Of a stretch of DNA of 64,000 nt, positions 1 through 14,215 are shown one piece after another. The DNA is from Takakia lepidozioides. Lineage: Eukaryota; Plantae; Bryophyta. The DNA lies in contig CM060733.1 of the NCBI GenBank assembly GCA_030704615.1, positions 64,976,001 through 65,040,000 on the forward strand, written 5' to 3'. A model generated the notes under the pieces. That model searched no databases, was not told the origin of the DNA, and saw only the letters and a program-made list of their open reading frames with translations. Position 1 is the stretch's first letter, and each line of letters opens with the position of its first letter. Both the position numbers and the translations under genes were made by a program.

Positions 1-236
1 TGGAGACCTTATTAACCAGAAAGACCCTATGTCCGTCTTTTATATGTATTTCCGCTGACATACATACCACCCCTATAACATCCTGTTCACGCTGCGATTT
101 TTTTGTGCTCACGCGATACCAACCCCCACCGTAACCAGTCCGCTCTTGTGTAGCATCCGTGTGCAGAAGGGCTGTGATCTAGGCATCGAGTGCAGCTGGC
201 AAGGCGTGCAGGCGAGGGTGCGAAGGGCAGGAAAAG

Positions 237-1247
237 ATGGCGAGGTTTCCGGTGCGTCTGAAGGAGGTGTGCTACACGCTGTCTCCCAACCACCAGAAGG
301 TCATGAGGGGGTTGTTCAATGATGTCAGCTACAAGCTGGGAAAGAAGTTCCATGAGAACTGGATCTCGGCACTCTTCCTGGTTGTTCCTGTTGCTGGAAC
401 TTACTGGTTCGTTTCCCTACCCGGTTTACCACCATGGATGATCTGTGTTTGCGTCTTAGCGTTGTGTGCGCTCCCTGAGACCGATTCCTTTGTCTTCTCC
501 TCACAGTTACTTGTTTATTTTCATTCTATGCCGTCACGTTACGATCCGCAGGATTGAGGTTATTATGAGAATGGATCATGAGTTGGAGGGATGGTTACAC
601 TGGTCAGAATCCTGATGGAAAGCTGGCCCACAATCCGAGCACACAATCTATGGACTGCTGTGCACCAAGGGATGCGTTAAGGTGACTGTTTAGTTATCAT
701 CATTGCGCTAGCGAACGATCCTATATAAACTGTTTCCAGGTGCATCTAGATCGGTCTCTAAACTGTTCGCAGTCAGAAGGGCAGGGTTGTGCAGGGATAT
801 CTGAGGATCCCGTAGTCACCGTTTCCTGTTTACCAGTGATCTGTCTGGCCTCGACCTCTCTGAGATAAACGCGGCCTGGATCATTCGCGTCCCAGAAGTA
901 TGGTTAAGTTTGTTAAACAAACTTCATGGCTGAGAAAGGCCTCATGTGAAATCCATTCTCAAGGTTGGATTCTGGCAAATACGAGCTGGAAATCTAGATT
1001 GTCCTGATGGATGAGAGAAAACCACAGTAGAGAAGGGATACAATTTGATGTTTTCTGCCATAGCGAACCAAATGGATGCTCAGAGTGCAGCTGGCAATAA
1101 TTCGAGGCTTGCACAGCAGCCATCCTGTTTTATGCCTCACGGACTGGGAAAACTTCCAATAAGAGTGGACTAACAACGAAGACAATCTGTGTTTGCAGGT
1201 ATGCGGAGAATTACAGAGAGCAGGAGAAGCTACACCACCGTTACTAA
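237..1247 (+). CDS. QCR8: Cytochrome b-c1 complex subunit 8 (72 aa, two exons: 237-406 and 1199-1247)
   Basis: Spliced product MARFPVRLKEVCYTLSPNHQKVMRGLFNDVSYKLGKKFHENWISALFLVVPVAGTYW/YAENYREQEKLHHRY* matches plant QCR8 (…ENWISA…GTYWYA…EQEKL.HR) in length and motifs. GT donor at 407, TGCAG acceptor ending at 1198. Confidence 0.93.
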
Positions 1248-2980
1248 TGGCTAGCTTTCATTCCAAGCCTCACTGATTTTCCGTCACGATGGAAGTATGT
1301 GTGATCCTGAGTACAGCACTCTTTTATAAGTTCTTGCTGGGCCTCTGTGTCTACAGATTCTTGGTGGGCTCCCCTGTAGAGAGACAGTAGTGCATATTGT
1401 GACTCTGATCTGCTGCTACTGCTTCATGACTTGTTTTGAGTGACCTACGGTGTTCTACTGATTCCACCTTCTTGGCATGTTCATTTATTCACGCTATCTA
1501 GACTTGAGATGGGGGCCTCCTAAGTTCTCTATTAGATCTGATACACAAGGAGAGACAATGTTCTGGTATTCGTCTTTTGTGTAGGAGTTGATATTCTATG
1601 GATAGTGATGGTTGGATGGCTGATAGGATTGCTGCCGAAGCTGTGATCAAAGCATTAGATGACTGCTGGTTTCTAGTTGATTGGCTTGGTGCGACATCTT
1701 TGATCTGGCTAGTTGTCTCAGCAAGTTTTTCTTTCTCGAATTTTTCATGTGATGCCCATGCCATGTGAGCTAGCTGCTTTCTCACAAGCACAATTTTGGA
1801 TGACCTCTTCTCTGCATAAGCTTTTTTGTAAGAGCTAGCATGGATTAGCTCTCCACACAAGGAAGTCAAGTTGGCTGCGGCTGCTCAAAGAATGTGTGGC
1901 CCAAGATTCAACCTTCAATTTGACAAGGCAATTCAGGGATTGATCACGTCAGTGGCAGCTTTTGAAGAGGCCATGAAATAGATTACTACACTCGAGGTAA
2001 TTACAGAATGCTTTGTCAGAAGGCCTAGCTCAGGGTAGAAGCATCCACAGAGACACTGAATTGACGACTCCTCAACCATCCCTCGTAGACCCCTGAAAGT
2101 AGTCTGCTTCCCAAAGGACATGTAAATAACCTCGGATTTGCAGAGAGATTCAAATTGCAGTACACCAATTGTCCTGCATGCAAGACTTCAGGACCATTTC
2201 TGTTGCCAAGTTGTTTTTATTTTGTAGAGTTGGGAACATGTGGCTACATCATATCCCCCCATCAATGGATATGACTGTAGACCCTACACTCAGTTGTGCA
2301 CCAAAATGGCTAGGTTGGAGTTTCTCGTTGGGGTCTCTATCTGCACTACAAAAAACAGCAGCCTCTTTAATCAGCTACTGATGAAGACCTGGGTTCTGCA
2401 TTCTTGTTCAATTTACAATATTGATTTCCTTAGAAAGTGAAAATATACAGGGCTTGTCAGAGTCATAAGAAACTAACTGGAGTATCAGCTATTTATGCTC
2501 CTTTGAAAACCGCCAACTTAGGCTTGCCAATGACTCTTGAGCAGTTGCTTCGAGGCACCACCAAAGCATGGAAGCTCGCCACCCACAACTTAGTTTGTTA
2601 AAATACTGGCAAGTAACATCTGGAGGGAAGCATTCATTGTCACTTCATCCATCGTTGCCGTCATAGGCCTGATTTTCAGAGACAACCAAGCAGTTCAGAA
2701 ATGAAGAGAGATGGTCCACAAACCAGCTAGCATCTAGTAAATCATGACGAGAATATTAGTGGGCACTTGAACAACCAAGGCCGGACAATCCAAACACTGT
2801 ATGCTGTACATATACTGGAAATGTTACCATTGTTCACCGCTGACATCAGAGACCTGCTTTGCTACATCTGATAGACATAAAATAAGGAACTGGCATGGCT
2901 CTTGTTATGATCACAGTTAATAAAATAACATGATGTCTACCACCCTAATCATGCAAAAAAACACTTGATGAAAACCAGGT

Positions 2981-5900
2981 TTAAGGGCCGGGGCAGTTTT
3001 CTAGAACTGACCTTTTCCCCAAAAAGCGCTGCAACCAGGCTGACGCCTTTATCATCTGTTTCAGAGAAGGATATCTCTGCATGCATGATGCACATCCTGC
3101 TTCCATCCATCCACACCAAGCTCACATTCAGCCCCTTCACTGGCTGCTAGCTTTTCTCTCTCTGTGCAAACGCCAGTACATTCTCTCTCTGTGTAAAGCC
3201 CAAACTGGGCACAGGGTCCATGCCCACAAGGTTATGGCAAACAACGTCATATGAGTACATTCCCTACCTCTCTGAGTCCAAGGGCAATGTCCACACCAGG
3301 CCACAAACACGGAAGCCCTCTGCAGTTACGCTTTTGGCAAAATAGTGCATCATATTGAATATACTCCACTTCTGTTTGAGGTTTTACAGAATGTCAACAA
3401 AAAGAAATGGCTATGCATTGAAGAGCACCTGAAACTGTGATGTCCCATAGATCTTCCTCTTCAGCAGGCTCCTCTAGTCTTTCCGCCTGCCGCATCCAAA
3501 GTTAAGTCAGGTTGAACAACATAGAAGTCTTTAGAAAAAACTGCCATGTTTTCAAACATTTGAAGTGACAATAAATTGCAAACAGATGGAGCCCATAATG
3601 CAGATAACTTATAATCATTCAAATTCCTATGGCTACAAGAGCACCAAGGGTCTAATTAGTGGTAACCAATAAGGACAACTTTAGATACTCATTTCGTGAT
3701 TTTGGATCATGAAGTTTACTTACACGTTGGCATCGTTCTAAGTTGATCAAGATGAGGTGGAAAATAGTGTGCAAACCAGCAGGCCCAAACCCTGGGAACT
3801 GTAAGAGGGCATGCTCATTGGTCAAGCCTAGCACCATAGTGCAGAGACTGGCTGCCAATGCACCCTCCATCATCTGCTTACCTTGCACTGCCCCCACAAG
3901 CACCCAACTTGCAGTCAGCTCTGCTTTATGGCTCATCCTTCTTCATTGACCATGCCAGACTTCTCTTCTGGACATACCCTCTGTTTCTCATGGAAAAGTA
4001 CTCACTGCTTTGTTTGACGCATAGTTTGTGCAATGCATTGGTGGATTTCACTTCCCATAGTCTAACCCATAGACCCCATACCTGATTTGGACAATGCAAA
4101 ACGGGCTTACAATTTGTGTAAAGATCAAATCAAAACTCCAAACTGACTTTCAAGAGTGGACAGACCACATAGAGGACATAATGTGACAGAAAAAGTCCAC
4201 ATTACAAAGAAACGAGGACAAAGCACAACGTCTCTGAATTTATATTCACACCTGCCCAGGCAGCCAATGCAGGTAAAGCAGGAATGAAGTCAATAGCCTT
4301 CACCATAGATCCCACTCCATCCTTCTGCAATTATCAATTCCAAAGCCAACCAGCAAATAAATTGTTTGACAGCCACACAAGGGAGGACATTAGGCATCTT
4401 CCAAGACAAAATTAACAAGATCCCCACGTTACTACCTTGGGCTCATGTCTCAAGTTGAACTGCCTGAAGGTGAGAGACACGTATGCCAAACAGAAGAAAT
4501 CACTGGCTCCTGCAACTCTTATGAAATGCAGATCAGGCTGTACTGATCCTGATCACTATCTCTGGCATGACAAAATGCTAGATCCGACGAAGTGCCACAA
4601 TCCCGACAACACGAGAGGGGCTGTCCAGTAATGCCATATTGACTTGGAGAGCTCATAATAGGTTCCTCCAGAGCAGAATGCTAAAGTTGACGGCAGAGAG
4701 AGCAAAGGTAGAACAACATGTGATGGAAGGTCATACAATCCTATGTCTGGATTATTGTGACAAGGGAAGACCTTAATAAGAAGATTGAGAAGGGTATCAC
4801 AAGCATCCACAACAGGTCCATGAGTATCTTGCCCTCCATTTTGCACCGCTACTCGCACAAACTCAACAATCTGCAAAGAAAAGAACTCCATTTCAACACC
4901 ATGATACCATGCAGAGCATACAATTTGCACATCATAGACCTTGACATGGCAAATTCCAGTACTTACCTGCTTATGCCCTCCGCAATAGACAAGTGCCTTG
5001 CAACCTTCTACCTCAGTCGTCATTTGGGATAAGGCAGGGAGCATAAATCCCACAGCTTGCACAGCGGCCCTGCACCCATAACTGAATGTAAGCATCTTTC
5101 TCCATGTCACCAATCACTTCAAACACATCTGTACAGTAGTCATGAGAGAACCCTTCCACAATGTTTCACCGACAGCATGAAATTGCCATGGTGTTTCCCT
5201 TTGACATCAGAACACTGGTCTCAGGATAGCCTACAGCTCACCTTAATTTGGAGATAATGTGGAGGCTGCTGAGAGGCATGGGTGAGTATCTCAAGGATGA
5301 AAATTTAACCTATAGTGTTTATCTTTGTAATGTCCTACCATTATACATATGCTTGGGTAACTACAACCTGAATGCCCCACCAATTGTGCCCTTAAGTCTA
5401 GCACTCATAAAGTTTAAAGTAAGCCCAATTTGCACGTACCCCTCTTGGCCCTCTCTTGTGACAGAGAGGAGCAGACCCAGTAATTTAAAAGTGCGATTGC
5501 GATGCGCAGACGGTGCTTCAGCCAAATACCTGCGGCACCCACGGAGCAGTACAGTGAACAGAACCAAACTGATGATAGGGGTCTTCACATTCACCGGAAG
5601 GAAAGCTTGTGGTGACAAAGTTAGCCATTGCCAAACAGTCAAAATGCGACCGACCTCATAGAATGTTGGCCACCCCCAAGGTTTCAACGACACCACCATT
5701 TACAGTAGGGATGGGATGGAATGGCTTCTGCCAGTGGCTGGACACAGAGAGAACACTCAATGGACACTAACCTGCCTACTAGACGAACGGCTGCAAGGAG
5801 CAAATCTCCACAAGTGGCTCCATGCTCCTGCAAAGAAGAGAAAAAAAGTAGTCACACGAGGGGCACACACTGGAGCACCAACTCTCTGGGAGTCAATAAT

Positions 5901-8900
5901 AACACCTAGCCCCTTCATAAACTTCAGAGTGTAAGACTCCTCTTGCACTCACGGTAGTACAGTAGCCTCCAAGAGTTGTGACTAAGAAGCCCATTGCACC
6001 AAAAGATTGAATGCACCAACCTGACTGGCAGATGTGTTTCAGTTATGATCACAAGACAAGCACTTGCATAAACATTCCAGCAAAACTACATTACATCACA
6101 GCCCTTTACTTGGACCAAAAATGGGTCTGAAACAACTGAACAAGAGTCGGAGCTGAACCTGGGCATCCTCAAGAAACCAAAGGACAACGCCCACAACCTC
6201 ATCCAAAGCAACCACTGATCTTTCCATTGCAAACTCCCCCAGCCTCCCTGCTGCTTCTGTCCCACATGCACAACAGCACACTGTTTTAGACCAGATGTTG
6301 AAATCAACTTACATCTAATGATCAGCCAGCTATTCATCATGAGTCAGATTTCTTAACTTTGGTACTGTCACTAGGGTGCATGTCACTGCTTCAGCCCACA
6401 CCCTCCAACCATTCCCCACCAAGTACTCCAATACAATGTAGATTGTCCCTTGCACGTAACTGTGCAATTCCAGATGCCCTAAAGTCAGAGGCTTGACTCA
6501 AAGTGAGAACTTTCCAGACAAAATAGCAACAGTCATTTGTATTTGGAAAATAGTGACTAGACTCAAAACTCTTGTGAGAGTCCTCAAATGCACCCAACTC
6601 CAGCAGGAGATGTATGATTTATGAAAAATAGAGATGGGTGTTGGATGCACGTATTCAGGAGTGTATGTCACAAACCTTGCTGTTCCGAAACAACATTCAT
6701 GACATGCTCCAGTAGAGAAAAGAAGGTGGCCAGCCCTTGCTGATGCTTTGTGGCCTCTGCTGTCTGTGCAGCTGCACCTCCACCCGAATCAAATGTCATT
6801 CTGGATACTTCATTAAGTAGTACAGCAGTCTCAACCCTCAACGTCTCCACCACCAGTATAAAAAACCTGCATCCAACCAATGATATTTTTTCCTAAATGT
6901 TAGGAATACATCTGTCAGAATGACAGTAGAATATAACTAAAAGCATCTATTTAAAGTTTGAGGTTACAAGGGTGCCGTCCAACCTATCTTCACAACATCC
7001 TTCACTCAAACATTCCTCACTTACTGATAAAGCAAGCAGGTATGCAGGTTAAGCAGCAATACCTATCAGAAGGGTAAGACTTTGTTTCGTCTGCAAGGTG
7101 CATGGGCCCACTGAGCCAATTCTCCCCAACAAGTTCAACTATTGCCTCTGCCACTTCTAATATGGACTGCTTATGCTCCACAGCTGAACCGCCAGTCATC
7201 CACATCCATCAACTTAAGAGTGGACATAAAGGTATAGCAGCTGTGCTACCCAGAGCATGTATGTAAATCACTTGAGGCCTATGAAGGCCCTAATGATGGC
7301 TACGACACACAAGCAAGTTAGCTGGCACCCTCCAAACTCAAGTGTAGTGCAAGAAAAGCAAACATCAAACATATGTCAACTGAGGAGAAGAGTAGAGGCT
7401 TGGCATACCCACGCGGTTATGCAGCATCAATCCAACCCCTGAGCGCACTTGAGCAGGCCAATCAAGATTGAGAGGAGCCCTTTGTACGGCAGATCGGATG
7501 GGCATCTGCACATCAGAATAAAATACCATATGTTGAAGCATTGTAATTCTACCAGGTAATGTAGGAATTCCTGGATATTGTGGTCAGCAAAGCCACCTCA
7601 TAAAATCAATGCTTGTTCCAAGGAAGCCACTCCTCTTAATGCTAAGCTCCCTTGGAGAAACAGATGGATTTCTGATCGAACACATGAATCTGAGATTACC
7701 GAGAAAGGAGATGCTAGAAGAGAGCGTAGGAGAGAAAGGGCTTCAAACTTGAGCACATCCTGCTGGTAAGCCAGTTGCCTAGCTACAACTGGAATCTGCA
7801 CCATCAAGCCATTGTCCCATCATTCTGTTAAGATGATGCATGAATGATCGAAACAGACTTGACAGTAACCTCAAGGCAATCAACACATCTGAATGTGGAG
7901 AAGGAAACGGCCACTCCATGCATTCTTGGCCAAGCTGCTGTCTGGATAGACTCAGCAGTCTTCTGCACTTCAATGGCAGCAGAGAAACTAATCCCGGGAA
8001 CAGAGTTTGTACATACCACGCCTGAAAGAGCTTGAGCAGACTCTGCAATCTCTTTGTCAACAGTTGCTGTCACCAGTAAAAACTGCAGCAACCTCAGTGC
8101 CACTGGAATCCATGCTGCACCTGAATTACCACCGACAACCAATCTCGGCTAATGAAAAGTGGAATACTGACATTCACCTCGTAGATCTGCCTCACTAAGT
8201 ACTGGAGGAACATTGATGTAATGAGTCACAAATATTTATAAACTGAATAAGACATTGCAGTAAAGACACACGGCTGCCTAGCATCACGTAAACCCTGCTG
8301 CTAAGATGCATGAGAACATCCTTACTGCCGTTCATGATGACCTTGACACACATAAATGCTGCCATCAAGATTAGGGTCATTGTGAAGCATATACAATACT
8401 TCTTGATTGGCATTAAATTGGAACAGATAAATGCGCTTTTTTCTACTTCAAATGGCAGGGTTCACAAAGCTAACCTGGAGGAGGATCCTGGACCTGGTGA
8501 GCAACGACGGAGAGTACTTTGTGGCGGTGCAACATCTCAAGTCCCTCTTCTGAAGCGGCACCTATGGCCAGCAAGCACTCGAAGCAATCAACTGCTACAG
8601 CTTCATCTTCTCTGCTGTGGTCACAAATTGCAACTTAGCACCAAGTCCAAAGTCTTCAAAGGACACATGGCCCTTCATATTCTCTTTCAATCAGTGACAA
8701 TGCATTGCACTTCTCTCTGCTCATTTGAGGATGAACCTATCTACATGAAGGTTCCTTGAAACCCACCCGACAAAGCAGGATACAAACTGATGATCAACGA
8801 CACTGCTACAAATGCAACAGTACTCAAGACATGAATTGTCTCAATACAGTGAATTCTACACGTTATAGCAGGCACTCTAGTTGCTGCTGCATTGCCAGCC

Positions 8901-9713
8901 ACTTGAGCCACATACATTCACTGTTTGACACAACTAGAAAAATAAAATGGCATGACCCTTGGTTGACAATGCAAAAGGAGGGAGATAAATTATACTTGCT
9001 TGCTAGAGTTTGAACAAGAATTGGGACTTTACTGATGCTATCATCCATCGATGCCAGCTCCGGCACCCGACAAAATGCAGCTACAATTGAAAGTGCCAAG
9101 TGCAAATATGCTTGCTGCTGCTCTCTGTCCTGCTCGCCTACTCCCCTAGCCTGCCCTGTCCCTGCATGATCCCAGTCATCCCCTTCCACTTTCTTACTGA
9201 TAGATAGGTGATCCAAGTATGGCAATCTGAAAGCTCCAGCTTACTTGTAAATGAAAGGATTATCGAAAGTCTAAGACGAAGCCGTCTCCGAGCTACTTCT
9301 GGCAATAGTGCTCTAATCGTGCTCTAATCCAGTGAATCGTGAAGGAGAGGGGTACCAAGTCAACACATTCCAGAACCCTGGAATTTCCACATTACTCCCA
9401 CCACACCTAACCAACTGTGAAAAACAAACTTTTCATTGTCATTTCCTCCCGCTCCAAAAGAAAAATAAAATCAGAAAACCCGATCCAACTCCTTGCCAAG
9501 AAAGAAGCCAGAAAATTCCTCAAAACCTAATTCCATGAAGCAGGAAAATATACCAGTCTTGAGGAGGCGGTTCAGGAAGGGGAAGCCGATGGCATCAAAG
9601 ACCTTGCGCACGGCCTCTGGATCATCACCAGCGACAAACTTGGTGGCCAGCAGCAGCCCCACCAGTCGCTGTTCGTCATTAGTCCCTTGCAAGAGCTTCA
9701 CACACTCTTCCAT
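2981..9713 (-). CDS. Neurochondrin-family (ARM-repeat) protein, multi-exon; 3' end uncertain
   Basis: Exon 1 MEECVKLLQGTNDEQRLVGLLLATK…IGFPFLNRLLKTG is the neurochondrin N-terminus. Further GT-AG bounded exons include AYLHLALSIVAAFCRVPELAS (9161-8996), VDCFECLLAI, KFEALSLL, VGENWL, LVVETLRVETAVLL, GDLLLAAVRLVG/RYLAEAP, FMLPALSQMT, EEDLWD and CMQRYPSLK. Confidence 0.85.
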
Positions 9714-12089
9714 AAGGTCCCCAGACGCTCCTACTCCTCTTTCTGCCCACCCTCTCCCTCCGATCTCTTACACACTTCTCCTTCCACTTCCTTGTCTCCC
9801 TCTTCCTCTTTTGTTGCCTCAACACCGAGGGCCTGAGACCTGCCACCGAAGTGCCGCGTCAGCAGTACAATGGATTCAGGCCCTCGTTCTGCTCTACCGC
9901 GCGAGAATGACAGTCCTTTTGGGCTCTCAGTTGTTGAGGTCAGAATCCAGGTGCCGACATGGAGATGCAGTTGTGAAAGCGGCCTTTCCACGATAGCTGC
10001 ATACCACTGTTTCTTTAGATTTTATTTAGGTTTTCCTTTTTGCATTTTAAATTTTAAACTATCATACCCATGGCATCATTAGTAGTGACCTTGCTTACTA
10101 CGACAAGTTTTCTCTTTATATCTTGAAGGGTTTTTGGATTCTGTTTTTCTTAAGAATATATGATGTTGGTGTTTTTTTATTGGATGACTCGACAGGAGCG
10201 GAAGAAAATGCAAAGCTTGGAAGGAAATTGGGAGGCTTGGGCCGTGTCGAACATTAGCTTAGTAGAAATCCAACTTCGGCTAGTCTCCGTTTGGCAGAAA
10301 AAGAAAATTACAGCAAGAAGACAAAACTGAAGAGCAGTGTGATATTGTATGATGCCCCAATGCTACTTACATTATTGGCTAGTCACTTTCCTGACCAAAC
10401 TAAGCACCATTTTCACACCCAGCTTGCAAAGATATATTCCTAGGAATATATGTAATTTCAATTTGAAGTGTGGGAGGACTGCAAACGGCCATCTTAGACC
10501 CCTCTTAGGCGTGTCCCCATCAGCCCGTAACAGGGACCGCCTCCGTTACGGATTTGGTTGCTTATTACGTCATTGTTTTTACTAATAATATTCGTTATTC
10601 CCTGTCCACGCCTGCACATAATGGATGTAATGCGCCGGGAGTGCCGATTGTGGTCCGTAATGCTCCATTTTGCTTTGCTGTTCCAATCAGATGTTGACAC
10701 ATGGAAAATAAGCACCAAAATCCTTAACGTGCTGGAAAGGCCTCGCATCAGTGCATAACGCTACTACGCAATGCTATCAGAATCCGGGTTTCTGTGCCGC
10801 TATTAATCTGAACGGGTCGCGGTCCATTTAATGGGAAATGGACTCCTCCTCCTCGAGTGGGGTTCAGCGAGCTTGTGACCTGGACGTGCCAACCACCGCC
10901 TATAATAATCTGTGATAATAATAATATATGTCGCCTCCCGAAGGAAGCGGAAATTATGGTGTCTCTTGACCCTGAAGGGCTACTGCCTTCCGGTAGGAAA
11001 GGTGGACCCTCATGAGGTTAGATATGCTCACACACAAGCACGAATATTCGGTATGTTCCCCCATATACCCAAAAGATACACCACAGCGAAACGAGAATTG
11101 AATGTGCTCACGCAACAAAAATTGAAAAACTATTTTCAACTTTATGTGAGCACCAATCACTACAAATAAGAATTATGTTAAACATGTTACTCTCATAGGC
11201 GTGGATTGTGCCCAGGCTCTGCTCACGCCATTTTGCTCACACAATTCCAGACCCCCTCTACATGATAGGGCAAGAGAGGATGGTGGGACGAGTCATAGGG
11301 ACTACCTACTAGCATACCATCGTGCAACCACGAAGAGAGGTGCCACCAGAATTTGGGTTACGGGTTTCCTTTTAGATTTCTGTGTATTTTCGCTACAAAA
11401 CTTCCGGTTGTGGATTTTTGTTTATTATATCTTTGGCGCTTTGCAATTTGAATTTTGCCTGAGAAACCCTACATGGACAGACTAGGTTATTTGGGTGGGC
11501 TTATTTCAACATGGTTTTATTTTTGTTTAAAAACAGAATGGGGTGGATGGTGGGAACTTGGGCAATCTTGGATAACTTATAGCTTATATCGTCTCTCTTT
11601 TCCTCATTCTACCATAGAATCCTTGAAAAGATGTTAAGTTATTTTTAGTTTGTATTTTTCGCTTACGGAATTAAGATTTGTAATTTCTTGATTCTTGCTA
11701 TACCGGGGGTTGGTAGAACGTGAGCTGTAGAGTGGAGAAAAATGGAGGCGTGGGCATAAATAACTCTAATAGGGTACCCATGTTTCCACAGAAATAGAAT
11801 ATGAAGGACAGACATAGGGATCCTACACGCAAATAGGCTCTTTTACTGTATATTCCATATATTTTACAAATTGGCATTTTGCAAAAAAAAAAAACACGGA
11901 GGGAAAACAAAGTCACAAATACCAACACCATCCAAAACACATTGTCGTGCGCATACATATCGCTACACAACTACATCGTTGTCCAATCCACACAACACGT
12001 ACAAGAGACACACATAATGTCCATCACAATGAAATGATAAGGAAAATTGCATAAGAAACCATTACTGAACCTTTGCATTTCACTCATGA

Positions 12090-12251
12090 AAACATGGAGT
12101 CAAGCCAAGTGCACCCCAAGCTGTGGGGAATCTACACTGTGGCGCCATAGCGAGACGCGGGAGGCTCAACTCGAGAAAGTTGAGCCTCACCGCAACTGTT
12201 GTGAGGATAACCACGTCTAAGTGCCTAAAACATCTTGATCCCACTAGAACA
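12090..12251 (-). mobile_element. 5' end of an LTR related to the LTRs at 39190-39847 and 54052-56761
   Basis: Begins TGTT on the minus strand at 12251 and carries the ~100-nt hairpin motif shared with the other two LTRs. Confidence 0.55.
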
Positions 12252-12494
12252 GGAATGGATTTTTTTCACACCATGGGGGTATCACACTTTGCATAATCCA
12301 CGCACTTTATCACATATGTGTGGAGTAAACCAAACTCTGCCACAAGCCCGACCAGGAATTGTGGGATGTCTCATACCCTCTCTAATTTATGTCACACCTA
12401 GATGGTCAACGGTATGCAGCTTACGGTTGACCATGTTATATGTATGATATTTTATGTTTTTTATTGGGCATAAGTGTGAGATGTGTCATATCAC

Positions 12495-12868
12495 TGTAGC
12501 AAATGCATCGCGAGTATGATGAGTCAGCATCTCAGTGTTGAAAATGGACACGTGGCACGAACGGTGGACGTGTAACTTTTACACGCTGGCGCACGCATGC
12601 TTCCCGCGCATTAGGGTGTGCACTAGGGAATGCGCGCGCATTAGTATTCTTCATTGTCTGCTTAGTGATTGCGCAGCGTATTATTGAGTGAAATTAGTCT
12701 GCGTTCTCTATCTTAATCCGGTAGCTTGCATTGTCCATTAACAAAGTTCTATATTATAAGAAGGACGTGATTGTGTCTGTGAGTGGCAAGCAGCAGCAGA
12801 TAGAGTGTCGATTTCAGGTTGCCCAAAGAACGTGATCAACTGGGTTACATGGCGGTGAGGCTGGAATC
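12495..12868 (+). mobile_element. Probable LTR (TGTAG…TTACA, 12495-12849) followed by a PBS-like TGGCGGTGAGGCTGG
   Basis: TG…CA termini, internal TATA-like TATATTATAAG near 12750, TGG immediately after the CA end. Confidence 0.4.
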
Positions 12869-13119
12869 AAAGACAAGCAACGGTGTCCACAAAAAGGGAA
12901 AGGAGTGCGCAGCCCCCATGTCACAGATTCCCCCTGTACTTAGGTGCGTGGCTGACAATCCATAAGCTAGTGTAAAAAAAAGAAATTTTGTGGTATTATG
13001 TGCAATTTGGGGACATTGGGGGGTTGGTGGACAATGAGCCTCTTGAGCAGTACTTGTATGAATTTCAATGTCTCCAGAATTGTTGGCTTGTCAGTGATTC
13101 TTTTGGAAATGTGGTGCAG

Positions 13120-13290
13120 GGGTGTGCTACAAATTGTGGTCACTTTTGAGTTGCATGGCACTGGGTTGCTCAATGTTAAAGTAGAGGACAAAGACACTGG
13201 AAAATTGCACGAAGCAATCATCACGAATGATGAGGGATGGTTCAGACAAAGGGATTACATTGTGGCGATGGTGAAAGAGTCCAAAGATGT
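13120..13290 (+). pseudogene. HSP70/BiP gene fragment (substrate-binding domain exon)
   Basis: GVLQIVVTFELHGTGLLNVKVEDKDTGKLHEAIITNDEGW…MVKES aligns with HSP70 GVPQIEVTF.VDANGILNVKAEDK.TGK..ITITNDKGRL…MVKEA. Preceded by a TGCAG acceptor. Confidence 0.8.
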
Positions 13291-13507
13291 TTCTAGGAAT
13301 AGCTCGAAGATGCCAATTATGCCATCTGATGTCGTTTTGAGCGTGGTTGCCCGCACGTACAACACACGCAAGGGAGTTCGGGAGGGCAGGGTGGCCTCTC
13401 GAATTCGGCACGAGCATACGTATGAAACTTCAATGGCACTGTGAATGCCTGGACATTGCAGTGACGGCCACATATATACTCGAAGTGACCTTTCAAAAAG
13501 GGGAATG

Positions 13508-14215
13508 AAGGAGGCGCTCATTAGGTGGAGCCCCGCCAACCGGGTTGCAGTGGGGGGCTCCGTGTGGGGTGGTGGTAGCGTAGGCGACAGGAAGGGCTTT
13601 TGGCGCAGTTTGGCAGGACACTAAGGGACGTGATGAAAGCAGCCAATGCCACTTCCATTAAGGCGAAGTTTAAGGTGAAGCCTAAGGAACCCTGCACCTT
13701 CGAGGGTATCCAAAATCGGAAGGTACTCAATATCTGGCTCCTGGAGCTAGAGCAGTGCTTACTACTTCCGGGCGGCCAAGTTGAGTGACGAGGATTGGGT
13801 GGAAGTGGCACCCACCTACTTGAGGGGCTACGGTCAATAACGGTGGCAGAAACGCCTTCATGATCAAGGGCCGAATCGAGAGACCTTGAGCTGGAGTGCG
13901 TTCCAGGAACTAATGCAAAAGTAGTTTGTACCTCTTAACACGTCCTGGCTCGCCCGGGACAAGATGAGGAACTTGAAACAAACAGATGACATTCGGGGAT
14001 ATGTTCAGGCTTTCAATGTGCTACTGCTTGAAGTCGCGGATATGGCGGAATCAGAAATGGTCTTCAACTTTGTGGCGGGACTGGCCCCATGGGCCAGGCG
14101 GAAGTTGGAGGAGAGGCCACCAAAGACTTTGAACGAGGCAATTGAAAGGGCTCAATGCTTCTCGGATGTCTCTAGGGGTAAAAGACAGGGCCGTACAGAG
14201 CTAAACCACAAGAAG
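13508..14215 (+). mobile_element. Deleted, degenerate copy of the chromovirus at 27380-34260 (LTR piece fused to gag)
   Basis: 13508-13580 matches the LTR at ~27510-27580, then jumps to gag AQFG…KAKFKVKPKEP…MRNLKQTDDIRGYVQAFNVLLLEV, near-identical to 28376-28960 but with stops. Confidence 0.88.

Noticed and set aside
237-557. 106-aa ORF as the full protein
   Set aside because: It reads through into the intron; the spliced 72-aa product fits QCR8.
10490-10900. Possible MITE or transposon end upstream of the neurochondrin gene
   Set aside because: No convincing TIR pair or TSD could be established by eye.
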